This document shows positions 26,302 through 39,234 of a stretch of DNA of 64,000 nt, piece after piece. Both the position numbers and the translations under genes were made by a program. The notes under the pieces were generated by a model. The model was not told where the DNA came from. It worked only from the letters and a program-made list of their open reading frames with translations, and did no database searches. Location of the stretch: the NCBI RefSeq assembly GCF_004010195.1, contig NC_057718.1:100344425-100408424 (forward strand), written 5' to 3'. How positions within the stretch are numbered: position 1 is the stretch's first letter; each line of letters begins with the position of its first letter. The stretch is from Chiloscyllium plagiosum. Taxonomy: Eukaryota.

Positions 26302-27844
26302 CTCCTCCTTTAAAACACAGCCTAAAGCCCTACCTCCTTCACTGACCTTTTGACTGCCTACCTAATTATCACTGTTTCCTGGTATTGTGTTTCCTGATGC
26401 TTCTGTCAATGGCTTAGTTGAAGGCACTATATAAATGCAGTTTGTTGCATCACTGCAATAGGTACCGTGGAATGTGCTGCCTAAAGAGCTGGTGGCATGA
26501 GATTCAACAGGAGCGTTCAAGTACATGTTGGATAAATGGGGGAAGTCTTTTTCAGAGTAGCTAGGTGTAGAGTGAGGAGTTTGTAGAGACTAATTAGATT
26601 CATCAATACCTGCCACTGCAGGATGTTGGTACCCGTGCCCCAGCCCTGACTCTCACAGACAAGCTACCCCTCCCCAATCACCTTGAAGGCAGCATGCATC
26701 CCTAGGCTCAGTCACACTGATGTCCTGATTGTTGAGATGCAAGTTTGTGGTGATGCACAATCAGCACTTTGTGTTTCAGTCAGTCTAATTTCCCCATTTA
26801 TTTCTTGCTGGGGGCTGTTGCCCATGGCATCACTGGAAGTGTCATCGCATGCACGGCAACCGTGTGAGTACTAAGTACTCTCCCCTGCAGTTGTGGAGGT
26901 AGCCAAAGTTGTCAGTCGGACGGTATTTTCAAAGAGCTGTCATAGGCGCAATGGGCCAAAAAGCCACCTCCTGCACTGCCAAAATTCTGTGTTCTGTTGT
27001 CTCCCCATCCGAAGCCAAAATAAAGTTACAGGGTCAGTCTTTGCAGCACCGTGTTTATTGATTTCAAGATAAATCTATGGGATCAGAATTTCTGTGTAGT
27101 TTTTGACAAGAGGAATGACAGGAATAGTTTTTTTTTAAATGTTCCCTTTGTAATTGCTGTCATTTGTTTAGTGGATATTTACCCTGTTGAAACTTTATGC
27201 ACTTTGACAAGATGAATAGAAGGGCTAAAATTATTTAAGGAGAGAGACTGTAGAAAGTACAGCATGGAGATTTGAGAGTCCTCACGCATGAATCACAAAA
27301 AGCTAGCATCCAAGTTCATTTGATATTAGGGAAAACCAATGAATTGCTGGCCTTAATTTCAAAGTGTATGTAATACTGAAATAGGGAGATCTTGCTAAAA
27401 CTATAGGAGTAGTCAAACAGCTGGAATACTGAACAGTTTTAAACCCTTTTCTAAGGAAAGATATACTCTTATTGAAGGTTTCGTCATTTGATTCTGGGTA
27501 TGCAAGGAATTCCTTATGTGTGGAGATTGTGTAGTTTGGACCTGTACTTAATGCAGTTTAGAAAAATGGCACATGTAAGATTCTTAAAGAGTGTGACTGG
27601 CAGATAGTTGTCTCCCCTTGTGGGAGAGTCTAGGACCATAGGGCATAATCTTTGAGGGTAGTCAATCTGTGGAATTCCTTTGAGTCAGTGTTTTTGGGGG
27701 TCGGTTAGCTCAGTTGGCTGGCTTGCATTGCGGAGAGATATCAACAGCACAGATTTAACTTCTATTGAGATTGCCATAAAGGTCCTGCCTTTTCAACCTC
27801 ACTTGTTGCGTGAGGTGTGGTGACTCTCAATTTAATCTCAGTAC

Positions 27845-28790
27845 CATAGAGTTATAGCGATGTACAGCACAGAAACAGACCCTTCAGTCCAAATCGTTCA
27901 CTGACAAAATAATCTAAACTGATCTATTCGCGTTTGCCAGCATTTGTCCCATATTCTCCTAAATCTTTCCTATTCATGTACCCACATCCAGGTGCCTTTT
28001 CAATGTTGTAATTGTACTCGCCTCCACCACATTGTGGCAACTCATTCCATGTGCAATAAAGTTTCCCCTCAGATCCTTTTTAAGTCTTGCCCCTCTCACC
28101 TTAAACCTATGCCCTCTAGTTTTGGACTCTGCTACTCCAGAGAAAAGCCCTTGGCTATTCACCTTATTCATGTCCCTCATGATTTTATAAACCTCTATAA
28201 GGTCGCCTCTCAGTCACTGATGCTCCAGGGGAAAAGGTCCCAGCCTATTCAGCTTCCCTCTATAGGTCAAACACTCCAATCCCAGCAACATTGTTGTAAA
28301 TCTTTTCTAAATCCTTTCAAGTTTACCATCTTGCCTATTGCAGGGAGACCAGATTGGAATGCAGTATTCTAAGAGTGGCCTCACCAGTATCCTGTGCAGT
28401 GGCACCATGGTGTCCCAACTCCTATACTCAGTTCACTGACCGAAGAGAGCAAGCACACCAAATGCCGCCTTTACCACCTCACCTATGTATGATTCCACTT
28501 TCAAGGATCTATAAATCTGCACCCCTAGGTCTCTGTTTGGCAACACTTCCTCGGGCCCTACCATTAGTTGTATAAGTTCTGCCCGTGTTTGTTTTACCAA
28601 AATGCAACACCTCAACATTTATCTGAATTAAGTTCCATCTGCCACTCATTGGCCCATTGACTCATCTGATCAAGGTCCTGTTGTACTCTGAGATAACCAC
28701 CGTCATTGTCCATTACACTTCCAATTTTGGTGTCATCTGCAAACTTACTAACCATACCTCCTATATTCATATTCAAATCGCTTATACCAG
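27845..28790 (-). mobile_element. CR1 LINE 3' fragment lying between pieces of an older + strand CR1 (~27180-27680, ~28990-29190)
   Basis: Reverse complement of FADDTKIG at ~28720-28745, and ORF 27974..28180 SKTRGHRFKVRG. Confidence 0.8.
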
Positions 28791-29554
28791 TTGTCTTGTT
28801 GATGAGAGTGCAGCCCTAGAATCATCTGCAACCATGGTGACTTTTACATTGAGTTTTTACAGCACCGAAAGAGACCCTTTGCCCTGTCATATCTACATCA
28901 GTCATCAGACATTAATTTCTTTTAATGCCATTTTCCAGCACTTGGCCCATAACCTTATGTGCAATGGTATTTCAAGTTCAACTAAGTACCTTTGATTTTT
29001 GTACAGAGGGCTGATGAGCCTGGCCCATCAGTATGTTCAAAGCTGAAATGGATACTTAATCAATAAGGGAATGAAAGGGGATAAGGCAGAAAAGTGAGTT
29101 GAGGCTTATCAGATCAGCCACATATTCTCACTGAATGGCACAGCAAACTTTGAGCTGAATGCCTTACTTCTGATCCTACATCTAATGGTATTTATAGCAA
29201 CCTGTGGTTTACAATACATTTGATTAGATGTACATTAAAATATCACAAATAATGGTGCAGTGCTGTTATTACTTCATACTAACTGTTACAAATTAAACAA
29301 GTAATCATAATTTATATTATCACAATTTGACACCTACCAGGATTTTTAGTAAACCAATTACCTGTCTATCTACTTAAAATCCCGCTACTCAATTTCATCT
29401 GCAATAAACTTTGAAACTAACAGCAGTTTCAAATTTCATCTTGTGTAACAATTCCTCCGAACGCAAAACAGAGTTTTAAATTTCCTTTTCTTGACCGGGA
29501 ATCATTAAAAATGTTTAACTTCTTATCACTTACAGAATTGAAGTTACACAATCT

Positions 29555-30335
29555 TAGAGTCATACAACATGGAAAAAGACCCTTTGATCAACTAGTCCAC
29601 ACTGACCATGTTCCCAAACTAAGCTAGTGCCACCTGCCTGCGTGTGACACATATCCCTCCAAACCTTTCCTACTCATCTACTTATCCAAATGACTTTTAA
29701 ATGTTGTAACTGTACCTACCTACCACCACTTCCTCTGGCAGTTCATTCCAAGCACTAACCACTCATTTTAAAAAAAAAGTTGGCCCCATGTCCTTTTTAA
29801 ATCTTTCTCCTCTCACTTTAAAAATATGACCCCTAGTTTGAACTCCCCCAACCCAAGGGGGGATAGCAATACCTTTGCCATTCACTTTATCTAATCTCCT
29901 CATGATTTTATAAACCTCTATAAGGTCACCTCTCAACCTTCTATGTTCCAGAAGAAAAAGTCCCAGCTTATCCAGCCTTTTTTCATAATTCAAGCTGATC
30001 ATTCTAACAATATCCTGCTAAATCCTTTCTGAACCCTGTCCAGTTTAATATTATCCTTCCTATACAGGGCGACCAGAATTGCGCACACTACTCCAGAACA
30101 AGCATCATCAACATCCTGTACAACCTAAACATATCATTCCAATTCCTACACTCAAAACTCTGAGCAATGAAGGCAAGCATGGTAAATGCCATCTTAACCA
30201 CCCTGTCCACCTGTGATGCAAATTTCAAAGAATTATTTACCCGAACCCTCAGTGTCTCTGTTTCTGCAACAGTACCCAGGCCCCTACCATTAATTATATA
30301 AATCCTCCCTTTGTTTGTTTTACAAAATGCAAATC
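29555..30335 (-). mobile_element. CR1 LINE 3' fragment
   Basis: ORF 29763..30002 RLDKLGLFLLEHRRLRGDLIEVYKIMR. Confidence 0.85.
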
Positions 30336-31214
30336 TTGTGTAGGTAAGCCTTCTCTTTGCTTGGCAAGGTGTTGTGTACAGATGGTGGGGCTTTGTAATA
30401 TTTGGAAGTGTTTTTAGGAAAAATTAGAGATGTTGGTTTAATATGCTGAACTTGTTTTTCAGTCAAAGCTTGTATTCGAGACCCACTTCAGAAATTTGAG
30501 TAAAAAATAGAGCAAACATTCCAGTGCAGTGTCGAGGAAGTGCTGCACTGCTGGCGCCGACAGTCTTTCAGATGAGATGCACTGCCTTATCATTTGAATT
30601 GTTTGCTGGAGATATCACAGTTCTCTTCTTCAAATAGCCAAGAGTTCTGCACGCCAACTCTCTGTCAAACAGCACCATGAAGGAGAGATTAACTGGTAAT
30701 TGTTAGCACCAGACCCCGGCTGCCTGGCAATTGCCTAAAGCTGAACCAGACCTCCTTGTTGTCATATTTGTCCCAAGGGGCTGATAATGAACTCAACCAT
30801 TTAAGAATGAGTAAAGAAGAGTTTTTTGTTCTACAGAGGGTCTTCGGTTTCCACATCACACTTCCTCAACAGGTTGGGGAGCAGAGTGCTTGAATGTTTC
30901 TGAAGGTGGAGGTGGATAGTTTCTTGATAAGTAAAGGTGGGGGCTGGATTATTTATTTGGGGGCAGGAATAAAGCAGGAATGTGGAGTAATGAGATCAGC
31001 CATGATCTAATTGAATGGATGTGTAGGTCTGAAGGTGGGGGGATTTGGCCTATGTCTGTGCTATGTGTTTGTATGTGCTAATCACAACCGGTAGGGAAAA
31101 CGAATGTGTCGGCAGCAGCCTTTCCATCAATGCTGTCTTTCACTTGTTACAAATATCAACAGGCAGCACGACATCACAAACAATGATATCTGCACTGGAG
31201 TCACCCTGCTCAAC

Positions 31215-32430
31215 TTTGATTCCGATAAATGTAAGGTGTTGCACTTTGATAAGACAAACCAGAGCAGGACTTACACAGTTAATGGTAGGGCCCTGGGGAG
31301 TGTTGTTGAACAGAGAGTTCTCGTGGTGCAGATACCTATTTCCAGGAAGGGTATTACAGATAGGGTGGTGGAGAGGGCATTTTGCATGCTTGACTTTGAT
31401 CACAGCATTGAGTACAGGAGTTTAGATGTCATGTTACAGCTGTACAAAACACTGATAAGGCAACATTTGGAGTACTGTATACAATTTTAGTGCCCTGCTA
31501 TAGGAAGGATGATATTAAATTGGAAGGGGTGCAACAAAAATTTACAAGCATGTTACTGAGACCAGAAGGTTTGGGTTTTCAGGAGATGCTGAAGAGACTG
31601 GAACCTTTTCCCCCTGGAGCGTGGGAGGTTGAAGGTTGAACCTTTTAGATGTTTATAAAATCATGAGGGGCATAGATAGGATGAATAGGCAAGGTCTTTT
31701 CTCTGGAGGGGCAGTCTGAGGGCATAGGTTTAAGTTGAGAGGGGAAAAATTTAAGTTGAGAGGGACAACTTTTTCATAGAATGGTGCAAATATGGAACAA
31801 GCTGCCAGAGTGATAAAGGCGAGTACTATTTCAACATTTCAAAGATATTTGAAAAAAGAACATGGCTAGGAAAGGTTGAGAGAGATATGGGCCAAACACA
31901 GGCAAATGGCACTAGTTCAGTTTAGGAAACCTGATCAGCACGGGTGAATTGCCTCACGAGTTGGTTGCAGGTGTACTGAGCAATTAAGAAGGCAGATGGC
32001 ATGCTTTTGCTCTTCATCACAAAAAGATTCAAGTACAGGACAAAAACCCTTTCTGCGGTTGTTTAGTGTCTTGCTGAGACTAGAGTGTTGCGTACAGTTT
32101 GGATCTCATTCAAGGAAAATATGTTTTCTGTATAGGGAGTGCGAATCTTGGGTGATGGGATTAAATTATGTTTATTTCCTCAAGCTCAAATGAGAGGTGA
32201 TCTTCTTAAAACTTACAAAATTCCTACAGGGTGTGGCAGGTGAACGTAGCTGGGAAGCTCCCCCTGTTGGTGAGGCCAGAGCCAAAGGTCATAATCTCCG
32301 GATAAAGGGCAAGCCAATAAAACTGAGATGAGAAGGAATTTCTTCACTGGTGAATTTTGGAATTCTCTGCTCCAGAAAGCTGTAGAAATACAATCATTTG
32401 AGCATGTTCAAGACAGAAATCAATAGATCC
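31215..32430 (+). mobile_element. Two tandem CR1 3' fragments
   Basis: ORF 31104..31490 DKCKVLHF…LYKTLIRQHLEYCIQF. A second, more decayed copy starts at ~31960. Confidence 0.75.
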
Positions 32431-32536
32431 GCAAATGTTTGAATTACAGTTTGCCTTTTCTTGTTTTAAAAAATGAAACACACACCGCAGTCACTTCTGA
32501 GTTAGGTTCTCAGTTTCCGTCTGTCTTTTCCCACAG

Positions 32537-32642
32537 ATCTGCAAAGCCTCGAGAAGCTTCTGCGGGACGCTGTGGTCAATGGGCAGCCTCGAACCCACAG
32601 ACCTTGGAAGAAAATCCTCATTGTGGTGGAGGGAATTTACAG
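32537..32642 (+). CDS. SPTLC3: SPTLC3 coding exon (106 nt): (N)[34 protein letters not shown](S)
   Basis: Acceptor cttttcccacag, donor GTAAGG at 32643. Contains the GQPRT..WKKILI.VEG.YS motif. Confidence 0.95.
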
Positions 32643-32873
32643 GTAAGGCATGCTGTTAATTTACAAGCTCATTCTAGGGCTTGCTCCTCCACACCAGAGC
32701 TGGCACTCTCCTCCTGCCCTGCCACACTGTATGATCACTGCACTCTCCCAAGTCAGATCCCTTGTGCATCACCCCCCCCCCCGCCCCCCCCTCCCTCCCC
32801 CCACCAGTTGCCATTGTTAGGTTCCCTTCTTGAGATTCTTACACACTTGATGCAACCTCCATACATCAACTTC

Positions 32874-33230
32874 TGTGAACAGCCATGATTTATTTTGACA
32901 AGTACAAGCTTAACACACTTTGCGATGCTTGCAGCGTGCGTCAAGCGAGGCTCCCTGAACAAGAGAACCATCCTCCTTTTATACAGGGTTTTACATCACA
33001 ATCAGTGATGCAAGCAAGACCCAACCCCCGCCGCTCCCCCATAGTCACATGCCACCCAAAAACAATATAAGGTGATTAGATTATTTCCAGAAATGGTGTG
33101 AGATTAGGCTATTCCTTTAAAGTGTAGCATTTACAGAGTATGATGAGATTCTGCCTGCAAGACAGAAAATCACACCCCCCCGGGGACATCAATTTCTTAC
33201 ATGTTAGCAGAACAAATTAACCCCTTAACA
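32874..33230 (-). mobile_element. Candidate solo LTR (~357 bp)
   Basis: On the - strand it begins TGTTAAG and ends TTCACA, with TATAAAA (32977-32983) ahead of AATAAA (32889-32894). No clean TSD was found. Confidence 0.45.
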
Positions 33231-33616
33231 TCTCACTGTACCTTCAGCTATAAACTGTGGAATTCCCCTATTAAACCTCTCGACCTCTCCCTCCTCCTTT
33301 TAAGGTCATGCCTGACAAACCTCAGTCAATTTCTTTGAAGTCGCGTCTAAGGTAGTGGATGTGGGAATGTCTGTGGATTTTGTTGATATGGACTTAGTCA
33401 GACAGCATGGAAACAGACCCTCTGGACCAACTAGACCACACTGACCATGTTCCCAAATTGAACTAGTCCCACTTGCATGTAAAGACCCGTTTAAGAGACT
33501 AGTAACTAAGGTAGAAGCCCACAGAATCGAGGGCAGGTTAAGGGCTGGGTAATGGGTTGTGGCAGACGACAGAAAGTAGGGATTAAGGTATGTACTCAAA
33601 TTGGCAGAAAATGGTT

Positions 33617-34010
33617 AAAAATCACACAACACCAGGTTATAGTCCAACAGGTTTAATTGGAATCACACTAGCTTTCGGAGCATCGCTCCTTCATCAGGTG
33701 GTAGTGGAGGGCTTAATCCTAACACAATTTATAGCAAAAATTTACAGTGTGATGTAACTGAAATTATACATTGAAAAATTGATTCTGTTAAGCCTTTCAT
33801 CTGTTAGAATACCATGATAGTTTCTCTTCTTTCATGTGTAAATCACAAAACCTTTTTTTAAAAAGTTGCATTCTCGGGTTAGCTGTTAACAGTAGTGATA
33901 GCTAGACAATATGTTGAAGGTGTTAGCCCCCTGTGTTCTCTGTCTATGCCATGATGTTTAGATTGATTCTAATCTAAAAAGTGAGGTAATGGAGTTTTAC
34001 ATGAATTCAA
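33617..34010 (-). mobile_element. PLE family 2 terminal fragment inserted in CR1 debris
   Basis: Family tail aaaatcacacaacaccaggttatagtccaacagg, with an intact hammerhead motif at 33666-33700. Confidence 0.75.
33666..33700 (-). ncRNA. Intact minimal type I hammerhead ribozyme motif (PLE family 2)
   Basis: The minus strand reads CAC-CUGAUGA-A-GGAGC-GAU-GCUCC-GAA-AGCU-A-GUG: stem I CAC/GUG, 5-bp stem II, palindromic AGCU stem III, CUA triplet. Confidence 0.7.
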
Positions 34011-35179
34011 TATGTTGACCTTGAAGAGAGTACAACATAGGCTTACAAGAACGATACCTGGATTTGAATGATTAAATTATGAGAAGAGATTATACAAATT
34101 AAGTCTGTTGCTAGAATGTAGATAGTTAAGAAGTGATATGATTGAGGTTTTCCAGATAAACTATTTTCACTGGTTGGGAATTCTAGAACTAAGAGACATA
34201 ATGTAAGAATTAGAACCAGACCATTCAGGAGAGTTGTCGGAAAACACTCCACACAAAGGATGATAGATGTTTGGAACTCTCTTCCACAAGTGGCAGTGGA
34301 TGTAGGATCACTTAATTTTAAATCTGATGTAGGTAAGTTTTACACAGAGGTATAAAGGGATATGAGCCGAAGGCAGGTATGTAGAGTTAGGTCACAGATC
34401 AGCCATTGTTTCATTGAATGGGGGAAAAGCTTGAGGGGCTGAATGGCCTACTCCTGCTCCTATGTTCCTAAGACCAAAATCTTCAATCTAGTCCTTGGTT
34501 ATCTGTCCTTGTATCTCTTTATGTGGTTCTGTGTCAAAATTGTTTGTTTGATAAACATCTTTGAATTTTGATGGCATTAGAAGGTGCTTATGTGAATGCC
34601 AGTTGTTATATCACATACCTGCTATGTTGTTGCATTCATCATGGTGTAGATCCATGCATGTTGCCTCCCTGTAGCTTTCCTGGTTCAACACCAGCAAGCT
34701 AATGTGTAGAGTGCTACATTTAAGCTGCCTCCCTTTCACTAGAATTGCAGGAGACTCTCCTGTTTATGGATGTCTCTCTCCACAGTGACTTCTAGCTGCT
34801 TATGCAGTTTTGTAAAGACACTGTTGTCCCTGGCAGTGCTTTCAGTGACAGAGTTGCAATCGCTGTACCTAGTTACAATACAAACTGGAAGGTTAAAGGG
34901 TTGTGTTGCTGGATCAGATGCTAAGTCTCACAGACTGCAGGGAGCATGCAGGTTTGCATCCCCATCTCTGTGGAAGTGGCTACGGTTGAGTTGAATCAGA
35001 AGGTTGTGGGTTCAAATCCTGCTCTGGCAAATTTGGCATACCAAATCTGGGCCAGCACTCTGAGTGTCGTTTCGACAACAGTGCCGGATTTTGGATAAGA
35101 TGTAACCCTGGGCCCCATCCTCTCCCATTTGGTTAGATGTAAAAGAACAGGGAGAGGATGTCCTTGCTAATGTTATCCT

Positions 35180-37625
35180 TCAAATAAACAAGGGCTGATT
35201 GGGGTAGTCAGCATAGTTTTATGCAAGGGAAATCATATCTCTCAAACAGTTTTTGAGGAAGTAACCAAAAAGATTGTGGATGGAGTGATAGACGTTGTTT
35301 GCATGAACTTTAGTAAAGCCTTTGACAAGGCTCCACATGATAGACTAATTAGTAAAGTTCCCCCACGTGGGATTCACTATGAACTTGCCAATTGTAAATA
35401 AAATTGCCTTAATGATAGGAGACAGAATTGTTTTTCGGACTGGAGGCCTGTGACCCAGTGGTGTTCCGCAGTGATTGATACTGGGTGCACTTCTGTTTGT
35501 CATTTACATAAACAATTTGGGTGAGAATGTAGGAGGCATGGTTAGTAGGTTTGTGGATGACATCAAAATTGGTGGTATAGTGGACAGTGAAGGTTATCTA
35601 AGATTATTAAGAGATCTTGATCAATTGGGTCAAGCAGTGGCAGATACAGTTTAATTTGGATAAATGAAAGGTATCATTAATGGGTCCTGGATAGTGTTGT
35701 AGAACAGGGACACAGGTACATAATTCTTTGCAATTTGCATCATGGGTAGACAGGGTAGTTCGGAAGGCATTTACCATGTTTACCTTATAGTGCTTAGTCC
35801 TTTAAGTATAGGAGTTGGGACTTCATGTTGAGGTTGTACAAGACGTTGGTGAGGACCCTTCTGGAGTGCTGTGCAGTTCTGGTGGCCCCGCTATAGGAAG
35901 AATATTATTAAATTGGAGAGGTTCAGATAAGATTTACCAGGATGTTGCTGGAATGATAAGAAATGAAAATAGGCTGGACCTTTTTTCACTGGAACATACG
36001 AGTTTGAGAGTTGACCTTAGAACGTAGAAAATTACATCACAGTACAGGCCCTTTAGCCCTCGATGTTGCACTAATCTGTGGAACCAATCTGAAGCATATC
36101 TATCCTACACTATTCCATTCTCATCCATATGCCATCCAATGACCAGTTAAATTCCCTTAAAGTTGGTGAGTCTACTACTGCCGCAGGCAGTGCATTCCAT
36201 GCCCCTACTACTATTCTGAGTAAAGAAACTACCTCTGACATCTATCACCCCTCATTTTAAAGCTATGTCCCCTTATGCTAGCCATCTCCATCTGAGGAAA
36301 AAAACTCTCACTGCCCACCCTATCTACCCTCTGATTATCTTATATGCCTCAATTAAGTCACCTCTCAATCTTCTTCTCACTAAAGAAAACAGCCACAAGT
36401 CCCTCAGCCTTTCCTAAGACCTTCTCTCCATTCCCAGTTAATCTCCTCTGAACCCTTTTCAAAGCGTCCACATCTTTCCTATATTGCAGTGACCAGAATT
36501 GTATGCAATACTCCAAGTGTGACTGCATCAGTTTTGTACAGCTGCAGCATTACCTCATGGCTCTGAAACTCAATCCCTCTACCAATAAAAGCTAACACAC
36601 TGTCTGCCTCCTTAACAACCCTATCAACCTGGGTGGCAACTTTCAGGGATCTGTGTACATCGTCAGCGGGATCTCTCTGCTCATCTACACTATCAAGAAT
36701 CTTGCCATTAGCCCAGTAGTCTTTATTCCTGTTGCTCCTTCCAAAGTGAATCATCTCACGCTTTTCCACATTAAACTCCATTTGCCACCTCTCAGCCCAG
36801 CTCTCCAAATTATCAATGTTCCTCTAAACTGCAACATCCTTCGGCACTGTCCAGAATTCCACCGACCTTAGTGTCATCCACAAATTTACATCCTTCGACA
36901 CCCTCATCAAGGTCATTTATAAAAATGACAAACAGCAGTGCACCCAAAACAGATCCTTGCGGTAGACCACTAGTAACTGAACACCAGGATGAACATTCCC
37001 CATCAATCATCACCCTCCATCTTCTTTCAGCTAGCCAATTTCTGATTCAAACTGCTACATTGCCCTCAATCCCATGCCTCCATATTTTGTGCAATAGCCT
37101 ACTGTGGGGAACCTTATCAAACACCTTACTGAATTCCATATACACCACATCAACCGCATTACCTTCGTCCACCTGTTTGGTCACCATCTCAAACATCGGT
37201 AATGCAGTCTCAATCAACCTTTGACCACAGTCCATCGGGCAGTCATCAGCATGTAACATCTTTGAGGCCCTGCATCTGCCCCATCTTATAGAGGTTTGTA
37301 AAGCCATGAGAAGCATAGTTAAGGTGAATAGCAAGGGTGGGAGAGCTCAAATTAGGGATCACTTTTTAAGGTGAGAGAAGAAAGTTGTGAAATGAACATT
37401 AGGAGTAACTGTTTTTATAGTGTGAAAAATGTGTGAAATAAACAGCTAGAGGAGGTTGTGGGTGCAGGTACAGTTACAACATTTAAATACATTGGATAAG
37501 TACATGGATAGGAAAGGTTTGGAGGAATATGAACCAAATGAAGGCAGATGGGGCTAGTTCAGTTTGGGAACATGGCATGGATCAGTTGGACTGAAGGGTC
37601 TGTTTCTATGCTGTATGACTCTCAC
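35180..37625. mobile_element. CR1 (+; 35180-~36020, resuming ~37285-37625) with a CR1 (-; ~36020-37190) nested inside
   Basis: The outer copy breaks at ..gagagttgacctta and resumes at cttatagaggtttgtaaa. Inner-copy ORFs 36479..37334 (-) show SKVFDKVPH, PQGSVLG and DDTK RT motifs. Confidence 0.85.
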
Positions 37626-37857
37626 TCTTTCATAAAAAAAGACAATTGGAGGTCATTGCTGCAGTGCTTTAATGAAAACAAATACTTCAGATGCTGGCAT
37701 TCTGAAACAGTGACAGTGCTGGAGATACTCAGCAGGTTAGACAGCATGTGACAGAGAGAACAACAGTTAGAGTGTTCACCTAGAGATGGATAAGGCAGTT
37801 CAAACAGTGGGTCATCAACATGCAAATTAGATCTGTTATATTTAAATGACTGATATT

Positions 37858-38171
37858 TTAGATTAGATTAGATTACATTACAGTGTGGAAACAGGCCCTT
37901 CGGCCCAACAAGTCCACACCGACCCGCCGAAGCGCAACCCACCCCATACCCCTACATTTACCCCATACCTAACACTACGGGCAATTTAGCATGGCCAATT
38001 TACCTAACCTGCACATCTTTGGACTGTGGGAGGAAACCGGAGCACCCGGAGGAAACCCACGCAGACACTGGGAGAACGTGCAAACTCCACACAGTCAGTC
38101 GCCTGAGGCGGGAATTGAACCCGGGTCTCTGGCGCTGTGAGGCAACAGTGCTAACCACTGTGCCACCGTGC
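37858..38171 (-). mobile_element. V-SINE (HE1-like), young copy
   Basis: Near-perfect reverse complement of 750-1074, with a (GATTA)n tail. Confidence 0.9.
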
Positions 38172-38957
38172 CATATTTATCTATTGAATTGGGCAGGAAA
38201 AGGCATGCAGAGATTTACAAGACTTGTAAATCTATAGTTAAGCACAAACACCATGCTATGAGGAAGCCAACAGCCAATGGGGAAGAGCCCAGCTTTTTAA
38301 AAAAATAACAAATTACAAGCACTGTTAACCAGAGGTAATGTCAAACTCATCTCTTGATTCTTTTTAATCAGCCTCTTCAGAGATGTTATTACATACCTCA
38401 TGCAGTTGAGACTTTAACTTGGGTCTCCTGGCTCAGAGGTAGGAACATTACCACTGCACCACAAGCACTCAAATTTTCATTCTGGAGTTGAGCATTTAAT
38501 GTTGAGCATTAAAGTGGGGTCACAGACTGAAAAGATTTGAGAAGCTGAAGGCTGTCATGTTTCTCCATAATACCTTGGGGTGTTTGACGATTACAGTTTC
38601 AGAAGGGTACAGCCGCATATCACTGGTGCAGAAAGTTGCTGCCAGGCCATTTGAGGTACCAAGTGGGGTGCTTTATGGTGAACCATAGAGCGTGGAAGGG
38701 GGCCATTCAGTCAGCCAGCCAGCCCTGTGCTAGCTCTTTAGACAAATGGGTCCAATTAATGCCAGCTGCTTCAACACTCTGCTTTGTGCTGAAAGCGTAT
38801 TTTCCCCTTTTCAAATATGATGCTTTATTGCAGCGTGCCATTCACAATGTTTCAAGCCAGTGGTTTTCAGTGTGATCTCATTTCTCACAGTGCTGGGAGC
38901 TTTTCAAACATGAAGCAACAATATGTTATGTTACTAAGTGTGCTGCTTTTATTTCAG

Positions 38958-39177
38958 CATGGAAGGCTCCATGGTCCGCCTGGCAGAGATCGTAGCTTTG
39001 AAGAAGAAGTATAAAGCCTATCTGTACCTGGATGAAGCACACAGTATAGGAGCAGTGGGGGCAACAGGCCGAGGGGTGGTCGAATACTTTGAAGTTGACC
39101 CCACAGACATTGATGTGTTGATGGGCACCTTTACCAAAAGCTTTGGGGCAACTGGAGGGTATATTGCCGGCAAGAAG
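38958..39177 (+). CDS. SPTLC3: SPTLC3 coding exon (220 nt) with DEAHS and the PLP-lysine motif GTFTKSFG
   Basis: Acceptor ttttatttcag, donor GTAGTG at 39178. Translates [73 protein letters not shown]. Catalytic Lys codon at 39136-39138. Confidence 0.97.
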
Positions 39178-39202
39178 GTAGTGTTCGAAATCTCTCAATT
39201 TG

Positions 39203-39232
<30 letters not shown>
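39203..39232. repeat. (CT)n microsatellite 25 nt downstream of a splice donor
   Basis: tctctctctc… seen directly. Confidence 0.9.
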
Positions 39233-39234
<2 letters not shown>

